DNA of 34,717 nt, filler included, from Rhizaria sp. SCN 62-66 (Eukaryota), in NCBI GenBank assembly GCA_001724265.1. It is 2 parts of 2 records of this genome, joined end to end, with 100 filler letters (N's around TTAATTAATTAA, not from the genome) between each part and the next. Parts side by side here need not be neighbours in the genome. Positions count along the whole stretch, not along the records: positions 1 to 19,107 come from MEDY01000711.1; positions 19,208 to 34,717 come from MEDY01000713.1. The stretch is one strand, 5' to 3'. Below, in pieces: positions 12,001 through 24,200 of this stretch (its first letter is position 1; every line of letters begins with the position of its first letter). The notes below the pieces were generated by a model. That model was given only the letters and a program-made list of their open reading frames with translations. It did not search any database and was not told the origin of the DNA. The translations under genes were made by a program, and so were the position numbers.

Positions 12001-15000
12001 GCCGTGCCAGCCGGGCAGCGACGTGACTGCGGCGACGTTGCCGGGACACAACGCAGAGGTCAGCAGGGAGAGGTCCTGCAGCACGGTCAGCGCCAGCGCG
12101 GCGGGCACCGCGGGCGCGGCGCCGTGCAGCGCGAAGGCGAGCGTGAGCGCAGAGGAGCGCGACGACGCCAGAGCGCGCGCGGACAGCGCGGGGGTCGCCG
12201 CCACGTCCGCGCTCTGCGTGTCGGCGCCAGCAGCGGCTGCGGTTGCGGTAGCGGGCGCGTACGCCGGAGCATCCTCGGTGTCCGCAGCGCCGACTTCAGC
12301 TAGAAGCTGCAGAGCGATGCCGAGCGCGCGCACGTGCAGCAGCGGGCCCACGAGCTCGGGCGACACCACCGCCGCGGCCGCGGCCGCGGGCGAGGCCGGC
12401 AGCGCGTCGCCGCCGAGCGCGGTCAGCAGCACGCCGGAGCGACGGCTGGTGACGCCCAGCGCGCCCCGGCTCACGCCGCGGCCGACGCGCGCGGCGGCGG
12501 CAGCGACGGTGCAGGGCGAGGCGGGGAAGCGCAGGCGGCGCGCGGCGCCGGCGGCAAGCAGCGGCGAGAGCGAGCGGGCCGCGGCACGCGCGAGCAGGGG
12601 CGTGGCCGAGGGCAAAAGCGGGAGCAGCGGGGGCGGCAGACGCGCTACGGGGAGACCCATGGCGAGCGCGCGCAGCGACAGATAGATCGGCAGCGTGAGC
12701 GCGGAAGAGCGAGGCGGAACAGTGTACGTGCGCGCAGCGCGGCGGCACGAGCAGCACGGCGAGCGCAGCGCGAACCAACGGCTTTTGTCGCGCGCGCTGC
12801 TGCTCTTAATGTGACTGTTAGCCCGGGAAAAGCGGGGCGGAGCTGAGTCGCTGTCGCTGCCGCTGGAGCCCTCGCCGCTCTCACCGCTGTCGCCGTCGCC
12901 GCTGCAGCTGCCGTCGTCGCCGTCGCTGCCCGAGTCGCTGCCGGAGTCGCTGCTGTCGCTGAACGCGGCGGGGCGCGGCACGTCTTTGCCGAGCAGCGCG
13001 GCCGTTGTCGCGAGCGGGGACTCGAAGAACCGCGCCACGACGTCCCTGCACTTGTGCTGGCCGGCGCCGCAGCTGTCGCTATTGTTGCAGCACAACGTCG
13101 CAGACGCGCGGTGGCGCGCGCAGGTCGTGGGGAAGCCGTTGAGCGCGGCGTCGGCGTTGGCGTCAGCGTCGGCGCCGGTGGCAGAAAACGCGTCGCCGCG
13201 GCCGTGCTGCCGCAGCAGCAGGTGCACCGTGGCGAACAGACGCGGGAAGTTGACCTCGCGCGCGATGACGCGCGCGGGGGCCTCCTCGGCGGCGCGCACG
13301 GCGCCCTTGGCTGAGTCGGCGGCCAGCAGTGCGGCGATGACCGCGAGTGCGCGCGCACGCACGCGCTCCGAGGGGGAGCACAGCTGCAGCAGCACGGGCG
13401 CGAGCGGTGACTGGCCGGCGTATGAGGCGGCCGCGGCGGCCAGCGCGGGCGGCGCAGCGGCGGCGGCGGCAGCAGCGGCCGAGGACGCGGCAGCGCGGGC
13501 GCGGGCGCTGCGGGCGGCGGCGGCCTCCTGCGCGGCGGTGATGCCGACAGCCGCGCCGACCGTGGTGCCGGTGCCCGTGATGGCCGCCGCGGCGGAGGAC
13601 GCGGCGCGCTGGGCGGCGTCGACCGCGGCCGAAGCGAACTGCGCGACGGCGCGGCCGCGGGACGAGGGCGGGCCGTTGGCGGCACCGCGCGGTGAGCGGG
13701 CGATCGACGCACGCCCGGTATTGGCGACGGCCGCAGACGAGGACTCAGCTCCCAGGGGCGGTGAGATAAGGATTGTGTTGCTGCTGTTCATGTTGTTGTT
13801 GAGGTCCATCGAGTCGAGTCCGGCAGCGAAGGCAGTGTTAATCGCGGAGTCAACTCCGCCGCTAGCCACAGCTGCGCCTGCGCTCGCGGCCGTAGACGCG
13901 GCCTCCGCCTCGGCCTCCGCAGCAGCGGCCGCGGCCGCCGTCGCCTCCGCAGCCGCAGCGAGCTCTTGATTCTCTGCAGCCAGCGCACGCAGAGGGGCCC
14001 ACAACGCGAGCGGCGCATGCGCAGCGACGAGCGCGAGCAGCGCCAGTGCGTCTTCGCGCACGAGCGGGTCCGAAGTCAGCGCCAGCGTGTGCGTCAGCAA
14101 CACGGCGGCGGACGGGTCGGCGGCCAGGGCGGCGTGCGCGGCGGCGCGGGACGGCACGTTCTTGTACCACTCGCCGGGAGCGTCGCCGTCGTCCTCGCTG
14201 TCGCTCTCAGCGCTACCGCCGGTCGCACTCGCGGTCGAGGAGGTAGCGCCGCCGGCGTGACCGTTGCTGTTGGAGCTGGCGCCGACGCCCGGGCCGCTGG
14301 CGCCCCCGCGGCGCGCGCGGCGCTTGCGGTAGTACGCGCGGAAGCACCCGGTCGCCCAGTGCGTCATCAGAGAGCGCGACACGCCGGCCGCGGCCGCAGC
14401 GGGGGCGAGCGTCACGCGCAGCGCCGGCGGGGCGGTGGAGCTGGCCGGCGCGGTCGTGTCGGGCGCGGTGGCGGCAGCATGAGCGGGGACGATGCGACGC
14501 AGCAGCGCGGCGGCGGCGGCGGAGAGCATGTACGGGCTCAGTGCGCTGCCCTCGCCGCGGGAGCTCTTACTCACATCGTCCTGCTTGTCAGCAGAGTTGG
14601 AGCCATCGCCGGAAGCGTTGTCGTCGTCGGTCTCGGACAGCGCGGCCGCAGCGCGCGCCGAGGTAGGACTGGGGCACGAGGTCGGCGCAGAGCTCGAGTC
14701 ATTGGCCGCGGCGTTGTGGCCGAAGTCGGCGCGCGGTGCGGCGCAATAAACTTCGTTAAAGTCACCGGGCGCGGGCAGAAGCAGGAGGTCGAGATGCGGC
14801 GCTTCAGCAGTAGCAGCAGCGAAGGCGGCCGCTGCAGTGGAGCCAGCGTCGGGCGCGAGAGCGATCGTGGGCAGGTAGAACGGCCGGTACACGCACAGCA
14901 CTGCAGCGGTCGCTGCGGGCGCCACAGCGGCCGTCAACGCAGAGCCGGAGACCGACACGGCGGCCGAGATCGTTGAGCTCGTTGGAGCGGCAGTGACTAT

Positions 15001-18000
15001 GGGAGTGAGCGTGGGCAGTGCGGGCAAGAACAGCGGCGCAGACAGACCGCAGCCGCGGAACTGGACCGCGAAGAACGGCGCGGGCGCGGGCAGCGGGGGC
15101 AGCGCGCGGCACAGCGACACGCGGATCAGCGTCGTGATGAGACCGCGCATGGTGGCCAAGTACGCCGAGTCGCCGCGCAGGGTCTGCCACAACGGCAGCG
15201 TGAGCACGTGCAGCGGCATCGGCGGCAGCGGCGGGTGGCGCACCGTGGTACGACCACCGCAGCGCACAATGCTGTGACCGTTACCGTTACCGTTGACGTT
15301 AACAGCGAGAGCGCGGTGGTGGAAAGCGAGGTTGGCGACCGTGGGGCATGACGTGACGCCGCCACGATGTGTACCAGCGTGCACTGCAGCGGCCACCGCC
15401 GAGGCGAGCGCGGCAGGTGCGGCGGCAGCGCCCGCGGTGACTGCTGCGGCGGCGCGGGCGAGGGCGGCGGCGTCCCAGTGCAGAGCCATGCACGTGGGCT
15501 GCACGGGCGTCACGCCCGTGACCGCGGCGGCCGAGTCAGCGGGTGGGATGAAAGCCGACGCAGTGGCCGCGGCGACAGAAGCCGCAGTGGGAGAGGAAGC
15601 CAGCGCAGAGACAGAGTCGGCGGCGTCCGTCGCGATCGCGGCTGCTGCTGAGGCGGAGGTGAGACCAAACTCCCACTCCTCCTCCTCGTCGTCCTCGTCT
15701 ACGTCATCGGGCTCGGCGGCGGTCTCAACGTCGGTCTCAGGCTCACCGGCGACGTGAACAGAGTCGGCATCATCGTCACTGTGTTCGGGGCCGCCGCGCA
15801 TGAACAGCTTGCGCGCACTGCCAGCCGCGGCCGCCGCGTGGCGACTCGCGCCGCTGGCGCCCGCGGCAGCCTTCTGCGCGCGCGCGCGGCGCCGCGCCTT
15901 GGCGGCAGTGCGCGCGAGCAGGCTCTGCACGGCGTAGCTGCCGCCGCCGCCGGCGCTGCCGCCCCACCACAGCTCGCCCTGCGAGTGCGCGAGCCCTGAG
16001 CCGCCGCGGCCGAGCCCGCGCACGCGGTGGCCAGGGGTCTTGTTCGCGGCCGCGGCGGCAAGTCCCGGCGGCGTGGGCAGCCGCGTGCGCAGGACGCGGT
16101 TGTAGTCGACCCACTCGACGCTGCCTTCGCCAGCACTCGTGCAGAAGAGGCCGCGCGCAAAGAGCAGCGCGGCCTGCTGTTGGCGCGGGGCCGGCAGAGG
16201 CAGGGGCTGCGGGTGCACGGCGTGTAAGGGGCCGTCGGCGGCGGCGGCGGCCTCGGCGGCGGTCAGCGCTGCGGGGGCAGAGGCAGGGGCCGCCACGGTC
16301 AGGAAGTGGGCGCGCGCGAGAGCGCTGCGGCTCAGTGGCAGCAACTGCGCCTTATTAGTGTTGTTGTTAGCGTTCTTAGTGCTACTGGTCGCAGCAATTG
16401 CAGCCAGAGGTGTGTTAGCAAAGAGAAGCCGGTGAACGTTGTTCACAGCCACTTCAATGCTGCCATCATCTTCGTCATCGTCCCCAGCAGCACCGGCGGC
16501 GGCACCGGCGGCAGTTTTGTTGTTATTCGCAGCGTCTGCGACAGCGCGCAGCCACTTGTGCGCGGCCAGCGCGTTGCAATCGCGCTCCCTGGCGCGCGCG
16601 CGCACGCGCTCGGGCGCCGCCCAGCCCGCGGGCGCGGCGGCGTGGTGCGCTGTGCCCGCGAGCGCAGTCAGCCGGTCCGTGAGCACGGCCAGCGGGGCGG
16701 GGCCCTGAACAAGTGCGGGCAGTGCAGCGGCGAGCTCTTCGGCGCAGCCAGCCCACAGCGCGGCCGTGGCGGTGCGGCGGCCCAGGAAAGGCAGGATGTG
16801 CGGGGACAGCAGCACGGAGAAGAGCAGCTGTGCGGCGAGCGTGTGGTCCGAGTCCGCCGCGGCGGCGCCGGCGAGACGGCGCAGTGCCGCGACCGCGCGC
16901 GGCGTCGCCAGCGCGGCGGGGTGGGCGCGCGCCGCCAGCGGGGCCAGACCGGTGAAGCCACCGAGCGTGAGGAAGCGGGCGCGCTGGGGCGCGGTGGACA
17001 GCGCGGCCGCGAGCAGCTGGAACGCGGACGACTCAAACGCCGAGTTCGCGTTCAGACGCAGAGGCGCCTCGGCGAAGCTCTCGCCGCCAGCAGAGCGCGT
17101 TGCGGCAAGGTCTTCGGCGGTGATCAGCGGCAGCGGCGGGAGACCAGCGCCGAGCGTTGCAGTAAGCAGCGGCATGACCAGGTCGACGCCGCCGGCCGCA
17201 GCCCAGGCGTCGGCAAACGTGTAGCTCGCGCAGAGCCACAGGGCACCGGCCACGGGCGCGGTGACCGACGTGGGCGGCTGAGGCGGCGTGGCGGGGCCGA
17301 CAAACATGTCCGCGGTGAGCGACATGAACATGCTGCGGCTCAGCACCACGGCGGCGTGCACGACGAGCGCGGGGGCCATCGGCGGCGTCTGCAGCGGCGG
17401 CGACACTGCGTAAGTCGGGCGAGCGATCTGGTCGGCAGCGTTGGGAGCAGCGGACGAGGTCACCAGAGGCAGCGAGTAGCCAGAGAGACGCAGCAGCAGC
17501 GCAAGAGAGCGTGGGCAGGCCATTGCATCGTTCCCCCTCGTCTGGGGCTGCGGTTGAGGTTGAGGACGCGCCTGTGAATGACTGTGCGAGTGGGCGTGGT
17601 TCATAGAAGCAGCAGGAGCGTGGAGCCAGTAGGGCAAATCTAGCGCGTTCTCCTCCCATGAATCCTTGACCTTACGCTTCCCAGAGGCAACAGCAAGCGT
17701 GCAGCTAGATACGGATGAATCAGCACCTGCGCCGGTACGGCCGACAGGAAGACCGAGGAGACCGCTGACAGCAGTGCTGACCGCGGTGACGGTCGCAGCA
17801 GACTCGGCAGCAGCGTCCTCAGCAGCGGCGCAGAGCGGGCAGTGGCGGCCGCAGCGCGCACCGGTGCCGCCGGCAGTCGCGGCGGCCAACGCAAGCACCG
17901 CGGCAGTCGCGGCGCCGGTCGCAGTGGGCACGGTAGCCGACAGCGCGTTGCCCGTCGCAGCGGCGAGCGCACGCGCGGCGGCACTGGGTCCCTTCTGCCC

Positions 18001-19107
18001 GCGGTCCGCGGCCCGCGCGCGCGCCGCGGTGACAGCGGCGACAGAGGCCGAGGCCGGGCTCAGCGCCGTCGCCAGTGCGGAGAGCGGGTGGTCCCAGTAC
18101 GCCGTCTCCATCGCGGAGGCGGCGGCGAACGCGGCGGAGGCGGCGGCGGGCGCGTGCGCGCCGCGGCGGCGGCGGCGGTTGTTGCTAACTGCACTGTAGT
18201 TGTAACCACCGCCACCACTGGCAGCGACGTTGCTCAAAGACCCAGAAAGCGCCGACGCAGAGGCGGTGACCGAGTCTGGGACACTGCGGCTCTGACGAGG
18301 TGGGAGCGGCGCCGCAGTGACCGTAAGCGCGAGTGCGAGCGGCAGCAGCGGGTTACCGTCGGACAGAGCGCGCGCATCGTAGCCAGAGACAGGGTCGCGG
18401 CGGGGGAACGCAGCGCCAGCGCCACGAGCAGTGCCGTGAGCGTCAGTGCCCATAGCGACGGACAGCGCGCCGGTCAAAGACAGCGCCTTGCCAGAACTGC
18501 GCTGAGTTGCCTTCGCATCAAGGCTCGTCGAAGCAGTGGTGCTCAGTGAGAGCTCGTCGTCGTCGTCTTCGTCGTCATCGTCGGGGTCGGCCGTGTTTAG
18601 GCCGCGCTGGTCCGCAAGCGCGGGATTGTTCTGCGCCGCGGCCGCGAGTCTCTGCTGCACCGTCTGTGTGAGCCGGTGCACTTCCTCGCCCTCGGCCTCG
18701 AAGTCGAGCCGCCTGCGCTGCAGCGCGGCCTGCATGCTCTCTACGTCGGTCGGGTTGCTGCAGTCCGGGCCGGTCGCCGCGAGCGCTTGCGCGCCAACGG
18801 GGCCGACCGCGGTTGCTGTGACCGTGAGCGACGCAAGCTGGCCGTGCCACACCGTGCCGGGCACCGGCGCGCAGAGCAGCGAGGGCAGTCCCTCAGGCGA
18901 CGCCGCCGCGGCCAGCAGCGCCGCGTCCGCCGCAGCCGCAGCCGCCGCGGCCGCCAGCGGGTCCGCCGCCGCGGCCGCGAGCGCGGTGGCCGCGTCTGTG
19001 AGCCCCGGTGACCAGGCGGGCACGCCTCCGGTCCGGCCCACGGCGGCGCGGCGGGCGGCCGCGGTGCGGGGCCGGCGCGGGCGGTTCGGGTGCGCGCCCG
19101 CGGCCTC
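1..19107 (-). CDS. Giant BEACH-domain protein (neurobeachin/LRBA/NBEAL-like; ConA-like remnant, solenoid, PH, BEACH, WD40), partial at both ends, at least 6369 aa, no apparent intron
   Basis: Minus frame in register with + triplets starting at position 1. The ORF track lists no stop-terminated ORF in this frame, and spot checks of the less GC-rich parts found no stop. Motifs read by hand: WHGQLASLTV...LAATGPDC (18760-18849, resembles the end of the neurobeachin ConA-like domain); YTFADAWAAAGGVDLVMPLL (17164-17223, resembles SIGGIQVLFPLF); VWIQPDRESSLRVR (~7015-7056); PH domain; BEACH domain; WD-like GGEYVLSTGGVDGAVHL (~301-351). Confidence 0.93.
2716..3960 (-). other. BEACH domain within the giant CDS
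   Basis: [140 protein letters not shown]. These are the canonical BEACH motifs in the expected order. Confidence 0.97.
4730..5200 (-). other. BEACH-associated PH domain within the giant CDS
   Basis: RCCLIAVAGEPVSGTLSIGATMLYFEP (5119-5199) and WPLREIVSAQPRRQLMHPRTAVEVFFSDGSSALFLFP (~4732-4842) match the PH_BEACH pattern (G.L.I...LYF; W....I....RRYL....A.E.F), placed N-terminal to BEACH. Confidence 0.85.
5650..5735 (-). repeat. Coding tandem repeat SP(Q)RR(A/S) x5 (15-18 nt units)
   Basis: Translates as SPQRRA SPQRRA SPRRA SPRRA SPRRS SP in the BEACH-protein frame; on + it reads as repeated (g/a)cggcgcggggacgc units. Confidence 0.8.
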
Positions 19108-19207
19108 NNNNNNNNNNNNNNNNNNNNNNNNNNNNNNNNNNNNNNNNNNNNTTAATTAATTAANNNNNNNNNNNNNNNNNNNNNNNNNNNNNNNNNNNNN
19201 NNNNNNN
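19108..19207. other. Artificial contig-joining linker or scaffold gap
   Basis: 44 N, then TTAATTAATTAA (19152-19163, stops in all six frames), then 44 N, giving exactly 100 nt. Confidence 0.95.
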
Positions 19208-19582
19208 CCACCCGTTGCGAGAAACATCGTGGTACTAACTTTGTGTTCGTTTTTGTTTTGAGCAACTATGCAGATATAATTATATACAAATCAGGCAAAA
19301 ATATTTTAGGGTGATACTACATTCAAGCAAAACGATGCCCTGTCGAGATATATATATTTGATTGTGCAAGGTTCAAATTCGTTCGGGCACCGACTGGGGT
19401 TCGCAAAAATTTTAGCTGTGTGGTAGCGAGTAGTATCGGAACAAAAATCTGAGCTAATCTTCACATTTCAATCGTTGCTTGCTTAATTCTCAACTGAATA
19501 GTAGTTTAAAACACACTAAATTGCCGTGTCACTTTTTCACACCTGCATTACAGTCACTCTGCACACCCTGAGCGAGCCCTAA

Positions 19583-20454
19583 ATGTCGTCGACCCAGTCA
19601 CGGGACAACCAGGGGCCTCTGTCCCCCTTCGACTTCTTCTCGCCCCATGAAGTTCCTGCCTCTGCTTCCCTGAGCTCTCCGATCCCGGCCTCTGTATCTT
19701 CCACCGAAAACGACGCCTTCCTGGACTTCTTCTCTGCCCCAGCGCGTCCCTCCCCGACCCCGTCCCCGGCGCCTCCTGCTGGCAACTCTTCCTCGTCTTC
19801 CAGCAGCAGCGCCGATCCCGCGCGCGGCTATCGCTGGGACCCGCACGTGCACCGCTCCCTGGTCAACTCCACCCCGCGTCTGCCAATCTTTCCTTCGTTC
19901 TGGGCCATCCACGCCTCTGCCGCTGCGAGTGCGCCCGCCGGGACCTGGGGCCCGACACCCGCCCCGCTCTCCGCCGCAGACTCGGCGCTGCTCGAGTCAA
20001 TCGTCGCCGGCAACGTCACCGCACTCAACTGCGCCACACAGGGTGCCGTGATGGGTCCGCGCAAGCTCGCGGTTATTACCCCCTCGACGTCGTCTGCGGT
20101 CCCCGCGTTTGCTGCTGCTAGTAGCTCTGCGTCCAATCAGACTTCTGCTTCCTCGTCTGCTACACCGCCCGTGTCTGTGTCTGGCTTCGCGCGCCCGATC
20201 CCGTCGTCAGGCATCTCGATTGCGCGCTCCCACGACCCCTCGGTGGCGCCCACGCCGCCCGAGTTTGTGCACATGCCGTCGATTGCGGCGCTGGAGCAGC
20301 TCCTGGCTAACCCCGCCAAGCCGAGCAGCGCGGGCATCAGCACGAACGCATTCTTCACCTTCGCCAAGCCCACCAACGCGACCACGGCGCCGCTGCCGCC
20401 GCCGACGCTCTCGGCAGCGCGCGCGGCTGCGGCACCGCACGTCAACACTAACAA

Positions 20455-20521
<67 letters not shown>

Positions 20522-21004
20522 CATGCTGTCACGATGCATCGGCCTGCGCTGATTTCAACTCACAGTAGCGCACACAGCAATACGCACGGTAGTAACAACC
20601 TGACGAGAGCTCCCAGCTTCAGTGCGATTGCGACTGCGAGCGCTGTCTCTGATCCTACTGCCCATTCTAGTGCGAGTGCGAGCGGTAGCGCCGGCGCGAA
20701 TGCAAGGATGCCGCGCCGCTCGAGCCCGCCGCCGCCGCCGCCACCGCTCTCTGCCGCGCCCTCCGAGCACAACGTCAACGCGGGCCCCGAGGCTCTCACG
20801 GCCGCGGCTGCGGGCACGGACGTGTTCGACCTGCTGTTCGGTGCCGACGCGGGTCGCGACCGCAGCGAGACGGCGATCACGGAGTCGCTGCCGCCGCCGC
20901 CGAAGCAGGGCCCGCCGCCGCCGTCGCCGGCCGCCGCGGGCGTGGCCGCGTTCAACAAGCAGTCGATGTCGTCGTTCTTCGCAGACGTCATGCCTAACAA
21001 GTGA
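19583..21004 (+). CDS. Hypothetical 473-aa Ser/Pro/Ala-rich, probably disordered protein
   Basis: ATG directly preceded by an in-frame TAA and ending in TGA. GC-rich ORF sharply bounded by AT-rich flanks, with an AATAAA downstream. No recognisable globular domain. Confidence 0.75.
20459..20521 (+). repeat. (AGC)20 + AGT microsatellite encoding poly-Ser21
   Basis: Perfect trinucleotide run in frame with the 473-aa ORF. Confidence 0.95.
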
Positions 21005-21283
21005 AGTGATCAACAAGAGCGACAACAAGAATCAATGTGTTTTGACTGTGGCATCGTGCCTCTTTGATCGTGCTGTGTTGATTTAGACTCATTCATGTAA
21101 ATATAATGTATTCTAATGGTGGGATTATTATTAAGTAAAGAGCTATCTAGATTTTCAGTTTTCTTATATTTTGCTATTGTTGTCACATTTAAATAGTGCG
21201 ACTTGAATAAAACAAAGCCATTTCATTATCTTGCAGTGATCACATCTTAGTTCCAGGGCGTCATATAATAAGACTCATGAGAC
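21005..21283. terminator. AT-rich convergent 3' region with a candidate AATAAA (21206-21211, +)
   Basis: Short AT-rich spacer between two convergent TGA stops; AATAAA is present on the + strand. Confidence 0.45.
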
Positions 21284-24200
21284 TCAGCCACGCTTGTTTG
21301 CGCCACCTGCGCCGCTCCCCGCGTTGCCGCCTGCGCCCGCGCCGCCGGCGCCGGCGCCCGGCGCCTTGGCCGAGTACTTGAGCTCGACGAGCTCAGCAAC
21401 CCTGCTCAGCGCGGCGGGGTCCGCCGTGCCCGCGCGCGCGACCATCTGCACCGTGCGCGAGATGGCCGCGCCCGCGAGCTCCGCGTTGCCGCCCGGGAGG
21501 AGGCCCAGCCCGAGACCCAGCCCGGACAGACCTCCAGCGCCCGCAGCGGAGGCACCGCTGCCGCGGGCGCCGCCCTGCAGCTGATGTTGCTGTTGTTGCT
21601 GCTGCTCCTGCTGCTGCTGTTGCTGCGCGGCTGCGGCGAGGATCGCGGCCGCAGTGGCCGTGCGCGTACGCTCGCGCCCCTCGCCGCCCTCCGGCGCCAA
21701 CAGCCACGCGGGCTTGAGCCGCCCGGGCGCCTCCATCACCACCAGCAGCGCCGCCGCGGCCGCCGCGGTCGCGTCTGCAAAGCCGCCGCTGGCGCTGGAG
21801 CCTGTGCTCGAACCCACACCAGCGCCAGCGCTAAGGCCGACGATGACGGGAGCAGGGGCGCCGGGCGCAGCAGCAGTCGCTGAGTCAGTGGTGCTAGAGG
21901 CAGCGGCAGAGTCAGCGCCGCTCTCTCGCGCCGCCGCCGCCGCGGTGGCCGCCGCGGTGGCCGTCGCGGTGGCCGCAGCGAGCCTCTCCGCGAACTGCGC
22001 CGTGTCTGCGACGGTGCGGCCCTGCTGCAGGCGGCCGAGCGGGTGGCCGAAGAGGTCCCAAAGCGCGACGTTGCAGTCCCATGAAGATGACGCCAGCGCC
22101 TTGCACGTCACGCCCGCGCCGCCCGCGCCCGCACCCGCGTCGCCGTCCGCGGCGCACACGGCAACCCCCGCGGCCGTGATGCCGCCGCCGGGCGTCGCGC
22201 CCGCGCCCGCGGAGCCCTGCGCGCCCGTAGCGCCGGCCGCAGCGGCGCCCGCCGCGGGACCGGACGACGCCGTCGCGTTGGTCTCGATGACGCAGGTGAG
22301 CGAGCGGATGCCGTCGGCGTGCGCGCGCCATTCGCGCAACAGCACCACGTCGCCGCGGCGCAGCAGCCGGCCGCGGCCGCCCGCGCAGGCCTCAAGCGCA
22401 CGCAGCGCGCCCGCGTGCGCGCGCCAGTACGCGGCGTACAGCGCGAAGCGCGCCGTCTCGAGCGAGAGCGCGCCCGCCGTAGGCGCAGACGCAGCCGCGG
22501 CGGCTGCGGCGGCTGCGGCCGGGGACAGCGCGCCGGGCCCCGCAGCCGATGAGTCGGTCGCGGTGGCCAGCAGCGAGGTGCGGCGGCGGCGCAGCGCGGC
22601 CTGTTCGGACAAGAAGTCCTCGGCCGTGCTCGCGGCGGCGACCGCGGCGGCGGCGTCAGATGTGTGCAGCACGTCCGACGAGAAGGCTACCAGCGAGTCC
22701 CTACGCCGCGGCGCGGGCTTGCCGACCACGACGGTGCCGTTGCCGCCCGCCGCGGGCTTGGTGACGACGCTCTTGCTGGCGATCTCGAGCGCGGCGTCCT
22801 CGGGCGTGAGCGCGAGCGAGCCCGCCAGGATCTCGGGCAGCGAGATCGACGGCCGCCGCTGGCGCATCGCCGCCGCGCCCGTGCCCGCGCCAGCGTCGCC
22901 CGGCTTGCGCGCAATGCTCTGGCCGCGGCTGTGCCCGCGCGCGTTGGTTGCGGAGGCGTCATCGCCGGAGCGTGCGGAGCCGCCGCCGGGCGTGAGAATG
23001 AACGTGTCGAGCGGGGCAAGCGCGAGGCGCTTGATGAGCCCTGTGATGTCGTACACTTTGATCATGCCCGCGGCATCGGCCGTGCACAGCGACACGGCGG
23101 CCGCGGTCGGCCACAGCGCCGCCGCGGTCACTGGGCTCGTGTCGTAGAAGGACATCGGCGACTCGCACGGCGCTTCATCCTCGGCGTCGCCGCTCTGCTG
23201 CGGGGCGAATGCGCCGCTGCCCGCGAGCGCGCCGCCGCCCGCGAGCGCGGCGGCCGTGGTGAGCACTGAGCGCGTGCCGGGTGGCTGCGGAGCGACGGGC
23301 GGCCAGGGCCCCAGACCGAGCGAGAGACTGACCTCTCCGTCGGTCCGCACGGCGCCGCGCGTGGTCGCGTCGAAGCCGTTACTGCTTCCAGCACCAGCGC
23401 CGTTCCCGGAGTTGGCGCCGGCGACGGCGGTGATGAAGCCCCACTTGCTGTGTGGGCTCATGGGCGCACCGCGCGCGGTGCTGCCCCCGCCGCCACTACC
23501 GCCGCCGCCGTGCTGCGAGGCGACGTGGTTCGCGGCCGCCACGGCTGCGGCGCGGTGGATCTCGCGCTTGCGCGCGCGCACAGCGGCGATGGCGGCCGCG
23601 GCAGCGTCGACGCGCAGCGTGACGTTCCAGAGGTGCAACACGCAGCGCTCCGACGAGGCGGCGAGCGGGCGCACGAGCCAGAGACAGACGTTGCCGCGCA
23701 CGTCAGCCGACAGCAGCAGCGGGTACGGCGCGAGGAAGTGTAAGCACGTGATCTCGCACGCGTGGCCGCGCAGTACGCCGGCGGGCGCCTGCGACCGCGG
23801 ATCCCAGAGCACGACGCTGCCGTCGGCACCGCCGACTGCGAGCAGCGACAGCAGGGACGACTCGGCAGCGGCCGTGCGGCGCAGCACCCAGGGCGCCGGC
23901 GCGCCGCCGCTGCTGGGGCTGCTGGCGCCGCCGCTGCTCGTCACGGGGCGGGTCCCGGCCGCGCTCTGGGGTCCAGACGCGGATCCGGTTGAGTCAGCGC
24001 CGTTGTTGCCGTTGCCACTGTTGCTGGCGGAGCCAATGCGGGGCAGGAACCGCGCAACCGCAGCGGCCTCGGGACTCATCGGTGCGCAGCCAGCGGCAGC
24101 GCCGGAGGCGGCCAGCGCGGAACCGCCACTGCCGTTGCCGCCGGCGGCCGCGCTGGCGGGCGAGGCGACCCAGAGCGGCGGCGGCGGCGGCAGCGACGGG

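Noticed and set aside
56-19159. Dozens of + strand and off-frame minus ORFs (e.g. 2164..4398, 7979..9760, 9298..11556)
   Set aside because: These are shadow frames of the GC-rich BEACH CDS, with Arg/Gly- or Ala/Ser-rich antisense composition and no domain motifs.
19336-19392. GGTTCAAATTC B-box-like motif with TGCCC/GGGCA flanks (tRNA-like?)
   Set aside because: The T-stem does not pair and there are no D or anticodon arms, so no cloverleaf forms.
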